DNA from: Actinomycetes bacterium
Lineage (GTDB): Bacteria > Actinomycetota > Thermoleophilia > BMS3ABIN01
DNA: 64,000 nucleotides
Assembly (NCBI GenBank): GCA_021787475.1
Contig: JAJYLW010000009.1
Location: 7,722 to 71,721, forward strand
Direction of reading: 5' to 3'
Shown: positions 1-12,626 of the stretch, one piece after another
Layout of the letters: each line of letters begins with the position of its first letter
Position numbering within the stretch: position 1 is the stretch's first letter
Program-made: the position numbers and the translations under genes
Notes under the pieces: generated by a model
Database searches by the model: none
Seen by the model: only the letters and a program-made list of their open reading frames with translations
What the model was told of the DNA's origin: nothing

Positions 1-89
1 TCTGCGACCATGCCGCGGGACGCGTATGCAGCCATTCTGACAGCCGGCACAGTCGCGTTTTCGTCCGCGTGGTTCGGCGCTAGCAGATC

Positions 90-944
90 TCAGGAAATAT
101 ACTTCCCGATTATATCCTTAAGCTTCGCCTTGGTCGCCGCCGGGATCGCCTCCGGCGCCGTCATCACCCCATACTGCATGGCGTCCTTGCAGCCGCAGTC
201 GCGGCTTTCGGGAATGCGCGGCACCGCCATTTCAATGATTTTCTTCGCCATGTCAACGTTCCTGTTCATGGTCTCGATCACCTGGGCGATGGTCACATCT
301 TCTTCGCCCTCGTACCAGCAATCATAGTCAGTGGCAAGCGCCATCGTCGCGTAGCAGATCTCGGCTTCACGCGCCAGCTTGGCTTCCTGCAGGTTTGTCA
401 TGCCAATCACGTCCACGCCCCAGCTGCGGTACAGCCGGGCCTCGGCCCGGGTGGAAAACTGCGGCCCTTCCATGCAGAGGTAGGTTCCTCCTTCATGAAT
501 AGTGGCGCCGGCGTCGCGGCCGGCCTGGACCAGGAGCGGCGAAAGATCGGGACAGACAGGATCGGCAAAGGCAATATGGGCCACGCAACCAGCGCCAAAA
601 AAAGTCGAGCGCCGCTGCCGGGTGCGGTCGATGAACTGGTCGGGAATGACGATGTCTCCCGGCCTGATCTCCTCCTTCATGCTGCCGACGGCGCTGGCGG
701 AGATGATCCATTCCACGCCCAGTTGCTTCAGCGCCAGGATGTTGGCCTGAAACGGCAGGTCGGTGGGCATGATCCGGTGGCCCTTGCCGTGCCGGGGCAG
801 GAAGCAGACCTCGCGCGCGGCGATCTTGCCGATCGCGATGGCGTCGCTGGGGTCGCCAAATGGCGTGGTTACCTTTTCCTCCTGCGGGTTTTCCAGCAGT
901 TCGTAAAAGCCCGAGCCGCCGATGACTCCGATTCTGCCGACCAT
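90..944 (-). CDS. mtnP: S-methyl-5'-thioadenosine phosphorylase
   Basis: 284-aa ORF with the PNP/MTAP fold signature (GVIGGSGFY N-terminus, purine nucleoside phosphorylase family I), similar along its length to MTAP. Confidence 0.85.
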   Translation of the reverse strand: MVGRIGVIGGSGFYELLENPQEEKVTTPFGDPSDAIAIGKIAAREVCFLPRHGKGHRIMPTDLPFQANILALKQLGVEWIISASAVGSMKEEIRPGDIVIPDQFIDRTRQRRSTFFGAGCVAHIAFADPVCPDLSPLLVQAGRDAGATIHEGGTYLCMEGPQFSTRAEARLYRSWGVDVIGMTNLQEAKLAREAEICYATMALATDYDCWYEGEEDVTIAQVIETMNRNVDMAKKIIEMAVPRIPESRDCGCKDAMQYGVMTAPEAIPAATKAKLKDIIGKYIS

Positions 945-1095
945 GGGAACTCCTGAAATAGGTTGATCAGACAGCGTGAAAGTATATCAAAACCCGGACT
1001 TTGGATATTGAACTTTGGATTTTGGAAAGACTTAAAAAGGTTTGGATTTCTTCAATGGACGCATTTGTTAAGTCGAATCTAAATATTGCCATTGC

Positions 1096-2280
1096 TTGGG
1101 AGGGTTCTTGAAGGGATGGCGGCCGCTTCGGCCAACTTTTTCTGGATTCGGTTTTGTTTTGCCCGTTCTTTTTCTGCTTTTTTTCGCGGACGCGTGCGGA
1201 AGCCGCCCTGCAGCTGAAGTAAAAACCGGCGCCGGCACATCGACTGCCGGCTTTCACAGCGTCGTCATCGAAGATCATACTCTCACCTTGCCTGACGGCT
1301 TTACCATCTCCCGCTGGGTGAGCGGCCGTGGCGGTTTGCGGATGATGGCTGTCACCGGCGACGGCTACCTGTTGGTGACCGAGATGGATAAAGGGAACGT
1401 GCTTGCCTTCCGCCTTGCCGACAGGCAGCCGGAGGCCGTGACGGTCGTCAGCGGCCTCGAGAATCCCTCGGGAATCGCCGTACAGGCAGGCTTCGTTTAC
1501 GTAGCCGAGACCTCAAAAATTACACGTTATCAATATTTTGGCAACGGAAAAATCGGCGCCGGCGAGGTGATCGTCCCCGATCTGCCCGCCGACGGCGAAC
1601 ATATCACCCGCACCATCGGCGTCGGTCCCGATAACCGGCTGTATGTGACAGTTGGCAGCAGCTGCAACGTTTGCAAGGAAGATGACCCGCGGCGGGCGGC
1701 GATGTCGCGCTACAACCTCGACGGCAGCGGCGGCCGGGTCATTGCCACCGGCCTGCGCAATACGGTTGGCTTCACCTGGCAGCCCGGGTCCGGTCAGATC
1801 TGGGGGGTTGACAACGGCCGCGACAACCTGGGCGACAACCTGGCGCCGGACGAGGTTAACGTAATTCAGCCGGGCCGGAATTACGGCTGGCCTTACTGCT
1901 TCGGCGACCGCGTTGCCGACCCGGCGTTCTCCGGCAAGGAAGGTTTTTGCCGGGCGAGCGAGCCGCCAGTCCTGGAGCTGCAGGCCCATTCGGCGCCCCT
2001 TGGCCTGCGTTTCCTCGCTGACCCGTCCTGGCCGCTGGCCTGGCAGGGCAACCTGTTTATCGCCTTCCATGGGTCCTGGAACAAGACCGTTCCCACCGGT
2101 TACAAGGTGGTACGGGTGGACGACGCGCACAGAGTGAGCGATTTTATTACCGGCTGGCTGGACGAGTCGACAGGCCAGGCTTGGGGCCGTCCTGTTGATA
2201 TAATATTTGCTACAGGTAAAATGTATATCTCCGACGATTCGAGCGGTTCGATATACGAAGTGCGAAAGATCGGCGCCTGA
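1096..2280 (+). CDS. PQQ-dependent sugar dehydrogenase / sorbosone dehydrogenase-family beta-propeller protein, secreted
   Basis: 394 aa with an N-terminal hydrophobic signal (a Cys-containing, lipobox-like end). Beta-propeller motifs typical of soluble glucose/sorbosone dehydrogenases (GLENPSGIA, GPDNRLYV). Confidence 0.6.
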   Translation: MGGFLKGWRPLRPTFSGFGFVLPVLFLLFFADACGSRPAAEVKTGAGTSTAGFHSVVIEDHTLTLPDGFTISRWVSGRGGLRMMAVTGDGYLLVTEMDKGNVLAFRLADRQPEAVTVVSGLENPSGIAVQAGFVYVAETSKITRYQYFGNGKIGAGEVIVPDLPADGEHITRTIGVGPDNRLYVTVGSSCNVCKEDDPRRAAMSRYNLDGSGGRVIATGLRNTVGFTWQPGSGQIWGVDNGRDNLGDNLAPDEVNVIQPGRNYGWPYCFGDRVADPAFSGKEGFCRASEPPVLELQAHSAPLGLRFLADPSWPLAWQGNLFIAFHGSWNKTVPTGYKVVRVDDAHRVSDFITGWLDESTGQAWGRPVDIIFATGKMYISDDSSGSIYEVRKIGA

Positions 2281-2328
2281 ATTTTGACCGTTGCGCCAAA
2301 TACTCCGGGTGCGGAAGGAGGCTAATCT

Positions 2329-2718
2329 ATGAATGAAGAGAAGGAGGCCCCCCCAGGCGATGTGGAGGATGCCGGTGCTGATGACCTGTCAGGCCTGTCT
2401 GAGGAGGAGCTGCGCCAGAAGATCGAGGAGCAGATCCGCAAACAGTCGGTTGCCGATGTGCTGGTGCAGTTTATGGCAAGCCTCAGCAATCTTGCCTACT
2501 TAAAGATGGGCCTGACCGACGACACGAAAGACATCAAGGACATCGGTCAGGCGCGCCTGGCGATTGACAGCTTTAAGGCGCTGCTGGACGCCGCCGGCGG
2601 ACGCATGGCCGAACAGGACAGAAACGCGCTTTCCGGCGCCCTTGCCAGCATGCAGCTGACTTTTGTCAAGCTGCTCCCGGCTGAGGAGAAAAAAAAGCAA
2701 GAGGAAGGAAAAAAATAG
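2329..2718 (+). CDS. DUF1844-like acidic/lysine-rich small protein
   Basis: 129 aa with a VLVQFMASLSNLAYLKMGL core typical of DUF1844. RBS GGAGG lies upstream. Confidence 0.5.
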   Translation: MNEEKEAPPGDVEDAGADDLSGLSEEELRQKIEEQIRKQSVADVLVQFMASLSNLAYLKMGLTDDTKDIKDIGQARLAIDSFKALLDAAGGRMAEQDRNALSGALASMQLTFVKLLPAEEKKKQEEGKK

Positions 2719-3059
2719 CCGCCCATGGCCGAACCGCTTGACAGGGACCTTCCCCCTCTTTCCGAGGGAGCATGCCGGTATCTTTTCAAGGACAAGGCCC
2801 GGTACCGGACCGCCCGCGAGATCTGGCTTTGCATCAAGGACGAGCGCTTCTCCGAGGTGTCGCGCCAGAAGGGAAAGAAATGCCTTCAAGGCAAGTGGTG
2901 CCAGAGATAATGACGAGTGTCGAGTGTCGAATTAAAATCTTGATCAATTCCCGTTTGCATTCGATTGCTTGATGGTTTCATTCGACATCCGGCATTCGGC
3001 ATACGAAGCTTTTTTATCTAAAGTCCAGAATCCAGGATCCAATAGCCGGTTTTAGACAT

Positions 3060-4261
3060 ACCTGCTCGTGCTCGGCCTGCTGCTGGGGGCGGGTGCGTTG
3101 CTTTCCGGCGTTGCTCACCGCAGCATCCTGTCGCTGGCCATCTTCTTCCTGTTCGCAGGCCTGATTCTGGAAAGCCAAGGATTCGGCGTGATCTCGCTTT
3201 AGCCCCGTTCAGAGTTCGTGCAACGGGTGACCGAGCTTACCCTGATTGTCGTTCTCTTCGTTGACGGCCTCGATGTGGAGGAGGCGGCGCTCAGGCGCAC
3301 TGGCATGTGCCATTCCGGTCGCTGGTGATCGCGATGCGCACCGCCTGGCTGATCGCGGCCGCTTCTTTCTTGCTGCTGGGGCTCTCCTGGACGCAGGCAT
3401 TTTTACTGGGCGCCCTGCTCAGCCCGACCGACCCGGTGCTGACATCCTCAGTCGTGAGCTACCGCAAGATTCCTCTAAGGATCAGGAGCAGCCTCAACCT
3501 GGAGTCGGGTTTTAACGACGGGCTGGCGCCGCCGGCCGTGCTGATATTTGCCACTGCCCTTCAGGCAGGCGGCAGGGTCTGGTGGCATTCATGGCCCAGG
3601 ATCTGGGCATTGGCGTCGCCGTTGGCCTAGCCAGCGCTTTCCTGGCTGTCAGGATTGTGGGGCTGTTCCGGTGGCGGTTGACGCTCGCGCCGCGTTACCA
3701 GACGCTTTATGCCTTTTCTGTTGCCCTTTCCCTTTACGGGGTTGCGAAGCTGCTCGGAGGCAACGGCTTCATTAGCGTTTACATCGCCGGCATCCTGATG
3801 GCCGGCCTCGCTCCGCGGCAGGCGGAGACTTTTTCCCGCTTCAGCCGCGACGCCTCTGAAATCCTTAAGTTGTCTACTTTTGTTATTTTTGGCAGCTTGC
3901 TGCTCTTCGGCCAGCTGTTTGCCGGCGGCGTCCGCTGGCTGCTGCTCGCGGCTTTTGTCATCTTTCTGGCGCGCACGCTGGCGCTGCTGCCGTCGCTGGC
4001 CGACACAAGGCTGGAGTGGCCGGAGCGGTTTTTCGTGGCCTGGTTCGGCCCAAGGGAGTCGCATGCATTGCCTACTCGCTGCTGGTGCTGAGCATGAACA
4101 TCAATGACGGCAAGACAGTGTTCCGGTTGACGGCTTTGGTTGTGTTTGCCTCAATCATCCTGCACAGCGCGTCGGACACCCCGCTGGCAAATCTTTTCGG
4201 ATCACGCCACGAGCGGCAAGTCAGGGCTTCCCATCCTGCATCATCGCCGCAAACTCACTGA
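3060..4261 (+). pseudogene. NhaP/CPA1-type Na+/H+ antiporter, disrupted by several frameshifts/stops, no start codon
   Basis: Cation/proton antiporter motifs (LSPTDPV, ESGFNDGLAPP, TM helices) are spread over at least four overlapping reading frames (3060-3200, 3307-3630, 3582-4091, 4016-4261). No ATG/GTG precedes the first TM segment. Confidence 0.6.
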
Positions 4262-5198
4262 CTATTGCCGGATCCCATTGCCGGCCGGCCTCGTGCTCAA
4301 GCGTGCCGAGAGCCTGGCTTCGCGACATTGGCGGCCGGTAAGGACGGGGCGAGGTCATGGCGTCGTAAGCGTCGACGACCGAAATCACCCGCGCCTCGAC
4401 GGGAATCTCACTGCCGACCAGGTGGTCGGGATAGCCTTTGCCGTCGAAGCGCTCCTGATGATGGCGGATGACGGTCAAGAGAAGATTGGCCGACCGGAGC
4501 GGCCGCACTATCTTTTCGCCGATGGCGGGATGATCCTGAACGACGACCAGTTCCTTCGTTGACAAAGGGCCCGGTTTTTGCAGAATGGATTCGCTGATGC
4601 CGATCTTGCCAATGTCGTGAAGGATGCCGGCATTGCGGATGACATCTTGCTGTTCGGGCGACAGATTCAGCCTTTTTGCCAGCCTGACGCCGTACTCGGA
4701 AACACGCTCGGAATGGCCGCGCGTGTAGGGATCGCTGGCCTCGATTGCCAGGGCGAGAGAATAGATGACGTCGCGGGCGCTCTCCAGATCTTCATTTAAA
4801 TGCTTCGTTCGCAGCAATGATTTTACCCTTATCAAAAGCTCCATCTTGTCAATGGGTTTGGAAAGAAACTCATCCGCGCCGGCTTCGAACCCCTTCACTT
4901 TGTCATCAATTTCCTGAAGCGCCGTCAACAACATGACAGGGATGCGGCGGGTCTCGTCGCCGGCCTTGATCTTGCGGCAGGCCTGGTAGCCGTTTACACC
5001 GGGCATCATCACATCGAGAATAACCAGGTCGGGAAGCCCGGCGCCGGAATCCTTGCTGTCCAGAATCTCAAGCGCCTCAGTGCCGCCATAGGCACTGATT
5101 ACCTTGTAGCCGGCCCCGGCAAGGTAGGCTTCCAGCAGCTGCACATTGGGCACGTTATCGTCGACAATTAATATTCTGTCCTGGTCGTTGGTCGTCAT
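4221..5198 (-). CDS. response regulator with HD-GYP domain (c-di-GMP phosphodiesterase-type)
   Basis: REC domain (ILIVDDN...[11 protein letters not shown]...K) followed by HD...GYP motifs ([16 protein letters not shown]). The start MTTNDQ at 5198 overlaps the upstream kinase stop (ATGA). Confidence 0.85.
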   Translation of the reverse strand: MTTNDQDRILIVDDNVPNVQLLEAYLAGAGYKVISAYGGTEALEILDSKDSGAGLPDLVILDVMMPGVNGYQACRKIKAGDETRRIPVMLLTALQEIDDKVKGFEAGADEFLSKPIDKMELLIRVKSLLRTKHLNEDLESARDVIYSLALAIEASDPYTRGHSERVSEYGVRLAKRLNLSPEQQDVIRNAGILHDIGKIGISESILQKPGPLSTKELVVVQDHPAIGEKIVRPLRSANLLLTVIRHHQERFDGKGYPDHLVGSEIPVEARVISVVDAYDAMTSPRPYRPPMSRSQALGTLEHEAGRQWDPAIVSEFAAMMQDGKP

Positions 5199-7171
5199 CT
5201 GCCTTCCCCGGCTGCTGCGCCGCCCGGACCTTTCTGCCGCGCCTGATGAAGCGAATGGCTCTCCAGCCGGCAAATCAGATCCTGTTTTGACACCGGCTTG
5301 ACAAAATAATCGAAAGCGCCCATATCCATGCCGCGGCGGCTCCTTTCAAGTATTGTAATAATAATAACGGGAATTGCGCTGGTCCCGGGATCGGTCTTTA
5401 GCTGCCTGAGCGCTTCCCAGCCGTCTATCCGGGGCAGCAGAATATCAAGCGTGATCGCGTACGGACTCAGCTCGCGGGCCAGCGCGAGCGCCTGCGCGCC
5501 GTCGAAGGCGCGCGCAACCCGGAAACCTGCCTCGCCGAGCCAGAGGCCAATCAGCTCGCTGGTTTGGGGGTCATCCTCGGCGACCAGCACCAGCCGCTGG
5601 CCGGGAGCCTCCTCTGGCCCGATCTCGGGCTCGAGAATGCCGGCGGCCGCGGGCTGGTCTGACGCCCGCCGCTTGCCTGGCGTCAGCGGCAGCGTAAAGG
5701 AAAACCGGCTTCCCTGGCCCAGCTTGCTCTCAACGCGAATGGCGCCGCCATGCAGCTCGACCAGTTTCTTTGTCAGCGCCAGCCCTACCCCGGTTCCCTC
5801 GAAACGGCGGGCATGATCACTTTCCAGCTGCTTGAACTCGCTGAATATTTTTTTCTGGTCCTCAGAGCTGATGCCGATGCCGGTGTCAGCGACCCAGATC
5901 TCGATCATGCCGCCGCGGGCCCCGGCGCCAATGGTGACGCGCCCCCCCGCCGGCGTAAATTTGATCGCGTTGCTGACAAGATTATACAGGATGCGTTTGA
6001 CTTTGGCGGCGTCGGCCCGCACCAGCGGCAGTGCCTCGGGGGCCTTGACTTCCAGCCAGATGCTCTGCCGGGCGGCAAACGGGTGTCCCAGCTTGCGCAC
6101 GTCCTCCATTAACTGGGGAACGGAGAGGTCTTCTTTGACCAAGTCCGGGTTGTCGGAGCCAACGGCGGCCAGGTCGAGAATGTTGTTGACCAATTGCAAT
6201 AAATGATGGCCACTGGTCTCAATATTGGTCAGATATTTCTGCTGGTCTTCACGCCCGTCTCCGGCTTGTTCCCGGAGCAACTCCGAAAAGCCGATGATGG
6301 CGTTAAGCGGCGTGCGCAACTCGTGGCTCATTACCGACAGGAATTCTGATTTGAGCCGGTTGGCCTCCTGCAGGTTCAGGTTGACTTGCTGCAGGTTCCG
6401 TTGGGATTCTTCCAGATTGTCCGCCATTTTATTGAAACTGGTTGCCAGGCCGCCAATCTCATCACGGGAGCTGACATTCACGCGCCGGCTCAGGTCGCCG
6501 CCGGACATTTTGCCGATGGTGGCGACCACCTTTTTCAGAGGCTTGATGACGGTCATGTGCAGCGAGACGCCCAAAACCAGCAGCAGCGCCGCCAGCCCCG
6601 GAATAAAGAAGCCGACCATTCGCAGCACGTCGCTCCTGATTGCCTCGTGGACGTCCGCCATTGAGGTTGACACGAGTACGGCGCCGCGAAGCGGGCTTGA
6701 GGAGCCGTGGCATTTCTGGCAGGTAGGCGCGTTTGGCAGCGGCGTCACGTTGACAAGGTACCGCTGACCGCCGCGCTCTTGATAAAACTGGGAGCGGCTG
6801 CCGGAGCCGAGCACGTCAAGGACCTGCTCTACCGGCCGGGCGCCGGTGTCGTCGGAGCCGGCAAAGACTTCCTTGCCCTGGGTCGAGAAAATCTGGATGC
6901 GGTCCACGGCCGGGGCGCGTCTCAGGTTTTCGAGGTCTGTCGTCACACCGGGGCCTTCGCCTGCCAGCATTGCGTTCTGGATTGCGCTGACAACCTGTGA
7001 GGTGAGGCTGGCGGTGTGTTCTTCTTTTTGCGCAGTCAGGTCATTTGCGTGAGCACGGATGTCAAAAAAAGTAAAGATGATGGATCCTATCAAGATGACC
7101 GACATGGTCAGCCCCAGGATCTTGACTTCCAGGCTCTCCCGGAACCAGCTGATGAAGCCGGGCGGCTTCAT
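5195..7171 (-). CDS. hybrid sensor histidine kinase (TM, periplasmic domain with CxxCH, HAMP, HisKA, HATPase, C-terminal REC)
   Basis: H-box [13 protein letters not shown] boxes, and a C-terminal receiver (LVAEDD...D...K). The periplasmic segment between two TM helices contains CQKCH. Translationally coupled to the HD-GYP regulator. Confidence 0.85.
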   Translation of the reverse strand: MKPPGFISWFRESLEVKILGLTMSVILIGSIIFTFFDIRAHANDLTAQKEEHTASLTSQVVSAIQNAMLAGEGPGVTTDLENLRRAPAVDRIQIFSTQGKEVFAGSDDTGARPVEQVLDVLGSGSRSQFYQERGGQRYLVNVTPLPNAPTCQKCHGSSSPLRGAVLVSTSMADVHEAIRSDVLRMVGFFIPGLAALLLVLGVSLHMTVIKPLKKVVATIGKMSGGDLSRRVNVSSRDEIGGLATSFNKMADNLEESQRNLQQVNLNLQEANRLKSEFLSVMSHELRTPLNAIIGFSELLREQAGDGREDQQKYLTNIETSGHHLLQLVNNILDLAAVGSDNPDLVKEDLSVPQLMEDVRKLGHPFAARQSIWLEVKAPEALPLVRADAAKVKRILYNLVSNAIKFTPAGGRVTIGAGARGGMIEIWVADTGIGISSEDQKKIFSEFKQLESDHARRFEGTGVGLALTKKLVELHGGAIRVESKLGQGSRFSFTLPLTPGKRRASDQPAAAGILEPEIGPEEAPGQRLVLVAEDDPQTSELIGLWLGEAGFRVARAFDGAQALALARELSPYAITLDILLPRIDGWEALRQLKTDPGTSAIPVIIITILERSRRGMDMGAFDYFVKPVSKQDLICRLESHSLHQARQKGPGGAAAGEGR

Positions 7172-7804
7172 CTGGAACGGGAGAAAACGGACGGCATAGA
7201 GAGGCCGAAAACAGGCCGGCCGCGGAGGACGGCGGCCGGAAATTCCTCTTGAGATGGCCTCTTTACCGCAGTTGCCATTGCTGCCCCCAAAATGGGGAAT
7301 AACAATATCACAATCAGCAGAATCAGGCGGGCTTGTTTTTGCGGCCCCCCGGGCCCCGTGTTAGACTTTGTCATTTGCGGGACAGAAAAAGTATAGCACA
7401 CAGGAATTAATACAATCTCCGAGCGTGGTACTTCTAAGAGCCTGTCCCAGTAGGCAATTCGTAGCGAGGCTTTTGCGGCCGCCTCCGCCTGACAGCAGAC
7501 GGGAATTTGCGAAATTGTTTGTTTTCTGACAAGGAAATAAATGTGAGGCCGTTTATCAATGGCGGTGGCAATGAGTTCCCGGCGCTGATACGCAACTCGA
7601 TAGCAAAAAAACAGTTCAACTGGCGGGCGCATCAGCCCGGCCGCCGCTATATGTCCCAAATCGGGGGATAAGGGCAGGGGCACAGCATGCCGTGCCCCTG
7701 CCCTTCGTTGCACGTTTAACGTTTCATGTTTAACGTGGGGAAAAGCCATCTTCTCAATCCTTGAAACATTAAACACAAAACGTGAAACTTTAAAATGCAG
7801 ATGA

Positions 7805-9916
<2,112 letters not shown>

Positions 9917-10065
9917 AAGACAAGACCGCCTCACTTGACCGGGGGCGTCGGGGTGCCCTCTCCGTACTTGCTGTATTTGTCGTCGATCTTTTGCCTGATG
10001 TCCTTGATTGGTATTCCCTGTGAGTTCCACCGGAGCACGTCCAGTGCGATATTCACACAAATGTC

Positions 10066-10419
10066 TCAGCCGGCCCCGTGATTGTCAAAAATCACGTTCT
10101 GGCCGTTTCGCGACTTAACGAAACAATCAAGGTTGTTCCTGTGCCCGGCCTCCTGGCCGCAGCCGCAGTAACACGGCACCTGGCTGAGCAGATCCGGGCG
10201 CTCCAGCGCAAACCGGTAGGCCGTGGCCGCATCCTTTGGCGCCGTGGGGTCATAAACAAAGGCCGGCAACTGAATCGCCGCCGCGGTGGCGGACCACTTC
10301 ACATTCGGGAGGGCGGAGCTGCCGTTGCCGCCGCATGAGACCAGCACTGCCGCCGCTGCGGCGGCCAGGCCGGCGCCCAGCGCAGCGAGCAGGATTTTTC
10401 TTCCGTTCAAATTCACCAC
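10066..10419 (-). CDS. PCYCGC-motif lipoprotein
   Basis: 117 aa with a signal peptide, lipobox LVSC and a PCYCGCG motif (PCYCGC domain family). Confidence 0.6.
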   Translation of the reverse strand: MVNLNGRKILLAALGAGLAAAAAAVLVSCGGNGSSALPNVKWSATAAAIQLPAFVYDPTAPKDAATAYRFALERPDLLSQVPCYCGCGQEAGHRNNLDCFVKSRNGQNVIFDNHGAG

Positions 10420-10538
10420 CTTCCCGCAACTTGCAGGCGCAAACCGAGCCTTTTACTACAAACAATAGTATAACAATTGAAAAGCGCCCCGGCAAAGCCG
10501 GGGCGCTGGCTTAATGATCGTGGCAGGCTCTCAAGCCG

Positions 10539-11717
10539 TCAATATATAGTCACCGTGACCGTCCTGGTGCCCCAGGCGTAGGCTTGAGAGCAGGGAAGCC
10601 AAACATCAATGCGGTTGCCGACGATGGCGCCGCCTGTATCGGCGGCGATGGCGTCGCCGTATCCAGAGACATGCACGCGTGAGCCAAGGGGAATGACATT
10701 AGGGTCAACGGCGATAATTCCCGGGCCGGCCGGCATGCCGGTGGCGGTGCTGCCGGCCATGCAGTAGGCGGTGGCGACAACGGTGATGCTCGCCCCTGTC
10801 GCCGGTGGCGGCGAATAATTCCCGGCCGCGCTGCCGCCATCGCCGGCGGCATTGCCGGCGGCATTGCTGGCAGCGGCGGCGGCCTGGGCCTGCTGCTGGC
10901 TCATTTTGGCCTCGATGCTGGCAGCCTGTGACTGCAACTGAGCAAGCTGGGCGTCATTTGCCTGCTTCCGGCCCTGAATGGTGTCAACGACGCTCTGTTG
11001 CTGCTGGCGGGCGGTCACAAGGCCTTGCCGGGCGCTGCTCAAGTTCTGAACCAGGCTGTTTAATTCCTGCTCGTTTGCCGACAGGCTGCCGAGGTTGTCC
11101 TCGACCGATTTTTTTGCATCATTGATGGAATTGATCAGCTGCTGGTCGCTTTCGGCAATCTTGTTGATTGCATCAACGCGGTTGAGGAATTCCGAAAAAT
11201 TCTCGGAGTCCATTACTACGCCAAGGTAATTGCTGTTGTCACTTTTGTACGTTCCCCGGAGGCGCTGGGCCAGCACCGCCTGGCGATCGGCCAACTCCTG
11301 CTTGACCTGGGCAAGGCGGCTTTGCTGCGCCTGAACTTCCGCCTCGACCTGGACCTGCCGCTGCTGGACGCTGCCTATCTCGCTGCTATAGTGGTTCACC
11401 TTGCTGTCCACCGACACCAGGTCGGTGAGCGCCTGACGGTAATTTTGATCCAACTGCTGCGACTGGTTCTCAAGGCCGCCAATTTGCTGGTTGGTTGAGT
11501 CCAGCTCGTCAGAAGCCGCCGGGGAAGAAGGAATTATAAAGAATGAGAGGGAAAGAGTGAGAAAAAAAAGTATCGAAACTGGCAGTGAGCATCTTTGTTT
11601 AACGAATTTGTTTAAAAAACCGGCAGAAATAATGTCCTCCAGATGCCGTTTACAGAACAGGGAGGGAACTGCATTTCCCCACTCCCAGGCAAAAAACACC
11701 GGGAAAAAGGATAACAA
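10539..11717 (-). CDS. secreted coiled-coil protein with C-terminal 3D (RlpA-like DPBB) domain, probable cell-wall hydrolase/binding protein
   Basis: Long Q/A-rich coiled coil, then a C-terminal 3D-domain signature (GYGDAIAADTGGAIVGNRIDVW). The true start is probably downstream of the annotated Met (signal peptide LPVSILFFLTLSLSF). Confidence 0.6.
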   Translation of the reverse strand: MLSFFPVFFAWEWGNAVPSLFCKRHLEDIISAGFLNKFVKQRCSLPVSILFFLTLSLSFFIIPSSPAASDELDSTNQQIGGLENQSQQLDQNYRQALTDLVSVDSKVNHYSSEIGSVQQRQVQVEAEVQAQQSRLAQVKQELADRQAVLAQRLRGTYKSDNSNYLGVVMDSENFSEFLNRVDAINKIAESDQQLINSINDAKKSVEDNLGSLSANEQELNSLVQNLSSARQGLVTARQQQQSVVDTIQGRKQANDAQLAQLQSQAASIEAKMSQQQAQAAAAASNAAGNAAGDGGSAAGNYSPPPATGASITVVATAYCMAGSTATGMPAGPGIIAVDPNVIPLGSRVHVSGYGDAIAADTGGAIVGNRIDVWLPCSQAYAWGTRTVTVTIY

Positions 11718-11965
11718 TTTCCAAAAAATGCCGCAATTTGCTTGATTGCCCCCACTTTCATGACCAAGCCGGCCTAAAAGCCAGCGAAGTGTGGACTATA
11801 GCATCCTCAAATCAATGATGCAAGCCCCTTTGTGCCGTATGTCTCTTGGCTTGAAATTGCAAAGCCTGGAATTATCTCTGTGTTTTGAAAACTGCACTTT
11901 CGGATAAAAAAGATTTGTTGTCAAACCCCCTTCACTTTGGGGGGGAGGGGTGAGAGGAAGCCCCC

Positions 11966-12559
11966 TTGAACTGGAAGCTTCTGATAACCGCCTTTATCAC
12001 CCTGGTCGTTATTATTGACCCGGTCGGAAACGCGCCCGTTTACCTGGTGCTGACACGTGACAGCAGCGGCGCAGCGCGCCGCCGGTTTGCCAACCAGGCG
12101 GTGCTGGCGGCGGCGGCGGTTATCTTCGCGTTCGCCTTCTTTGGTCATTACGTTCTGGACTACCTGGGCGTTTCTCTTGAAAGCCTGATGGTTGCCGGCG
12201 GCGTGCTGCTGGGGATAGTGGCGCTTGACATGATGAAAGGTAAAGTTACTCCTGGAGAGCCGCGAGGCGCCAATGTCGCCCTGGTGCCACTGGGGACGCC
12301 ACTTCTAGCCGGCCCCGGCGCCATCGTGGCCGCCATGCTGCTGATGGGAAGGTCAGGCGCCACCGACAAGGCAGTGGCCGCTGCCGGAATCCTGGCGGCT
12401 CTGGCCGTCGTCTGGGCGGCGCTGAGGCTGGCTGGCCCTCTGATTAAGCTGCTAAAGGCCACCAGCGTGGACCTGCTGACGCGGGTGATGGGAATCCTGC
12501 TGGCGGCCATCGCGGTGGAGTTCATTCATCAGGCCGTGGCCAGTTGGGCGTCGCGTTAA
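11966..12559 (+). CDS. marC: MarC family (UPF0056) integral membrane protein
   Basis: 197 aa with six TM segments and the N-terminal ITLVVIIDPVGNAPVYL signature of MarC. Confidence 0.75.
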   Translation: MNWKLLITAFITLVVIIDPVGNAPVYLVLTRDSSGAARRRFANQAVLAAAAVIFAFAFFGHYVLDYLGVSLESLMVAGGVLLGIVALDMMKGKVTPGEPRGANVALVPLGTPLLAGPGAIVAAMLLMGRSGATDKAVAAAGILAALAVVWAALRLAGPLIKLLKATSVDLLTRVMGILLAAIAVEFIHQAVASWASR

Positions 12560-12626
12560 GACTGACGGAAAACAGAGGCGCCTATGGCGCCTCTGTTTTC
12601 CTTGATACAGGCGTGTGCCTGACGTT

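Noticed and set aside
495-956. Antisense and overlapping ORFs inside mtnP, clpB, the pur genes and others (for example 495-956, 1513-2130, 16102-16440, 45765-46526, 50428-51891)
   Set aside because: These are high-GC shadow ORFs opposite well-supported genes, with no independent signals.
7168-7776. 202-aa ORF filling the HK/ligA intergenic region
   Set aside because: It has no homology-like composition and overlaps the palindrome and the heptad arrays, so it is a regulatory region.
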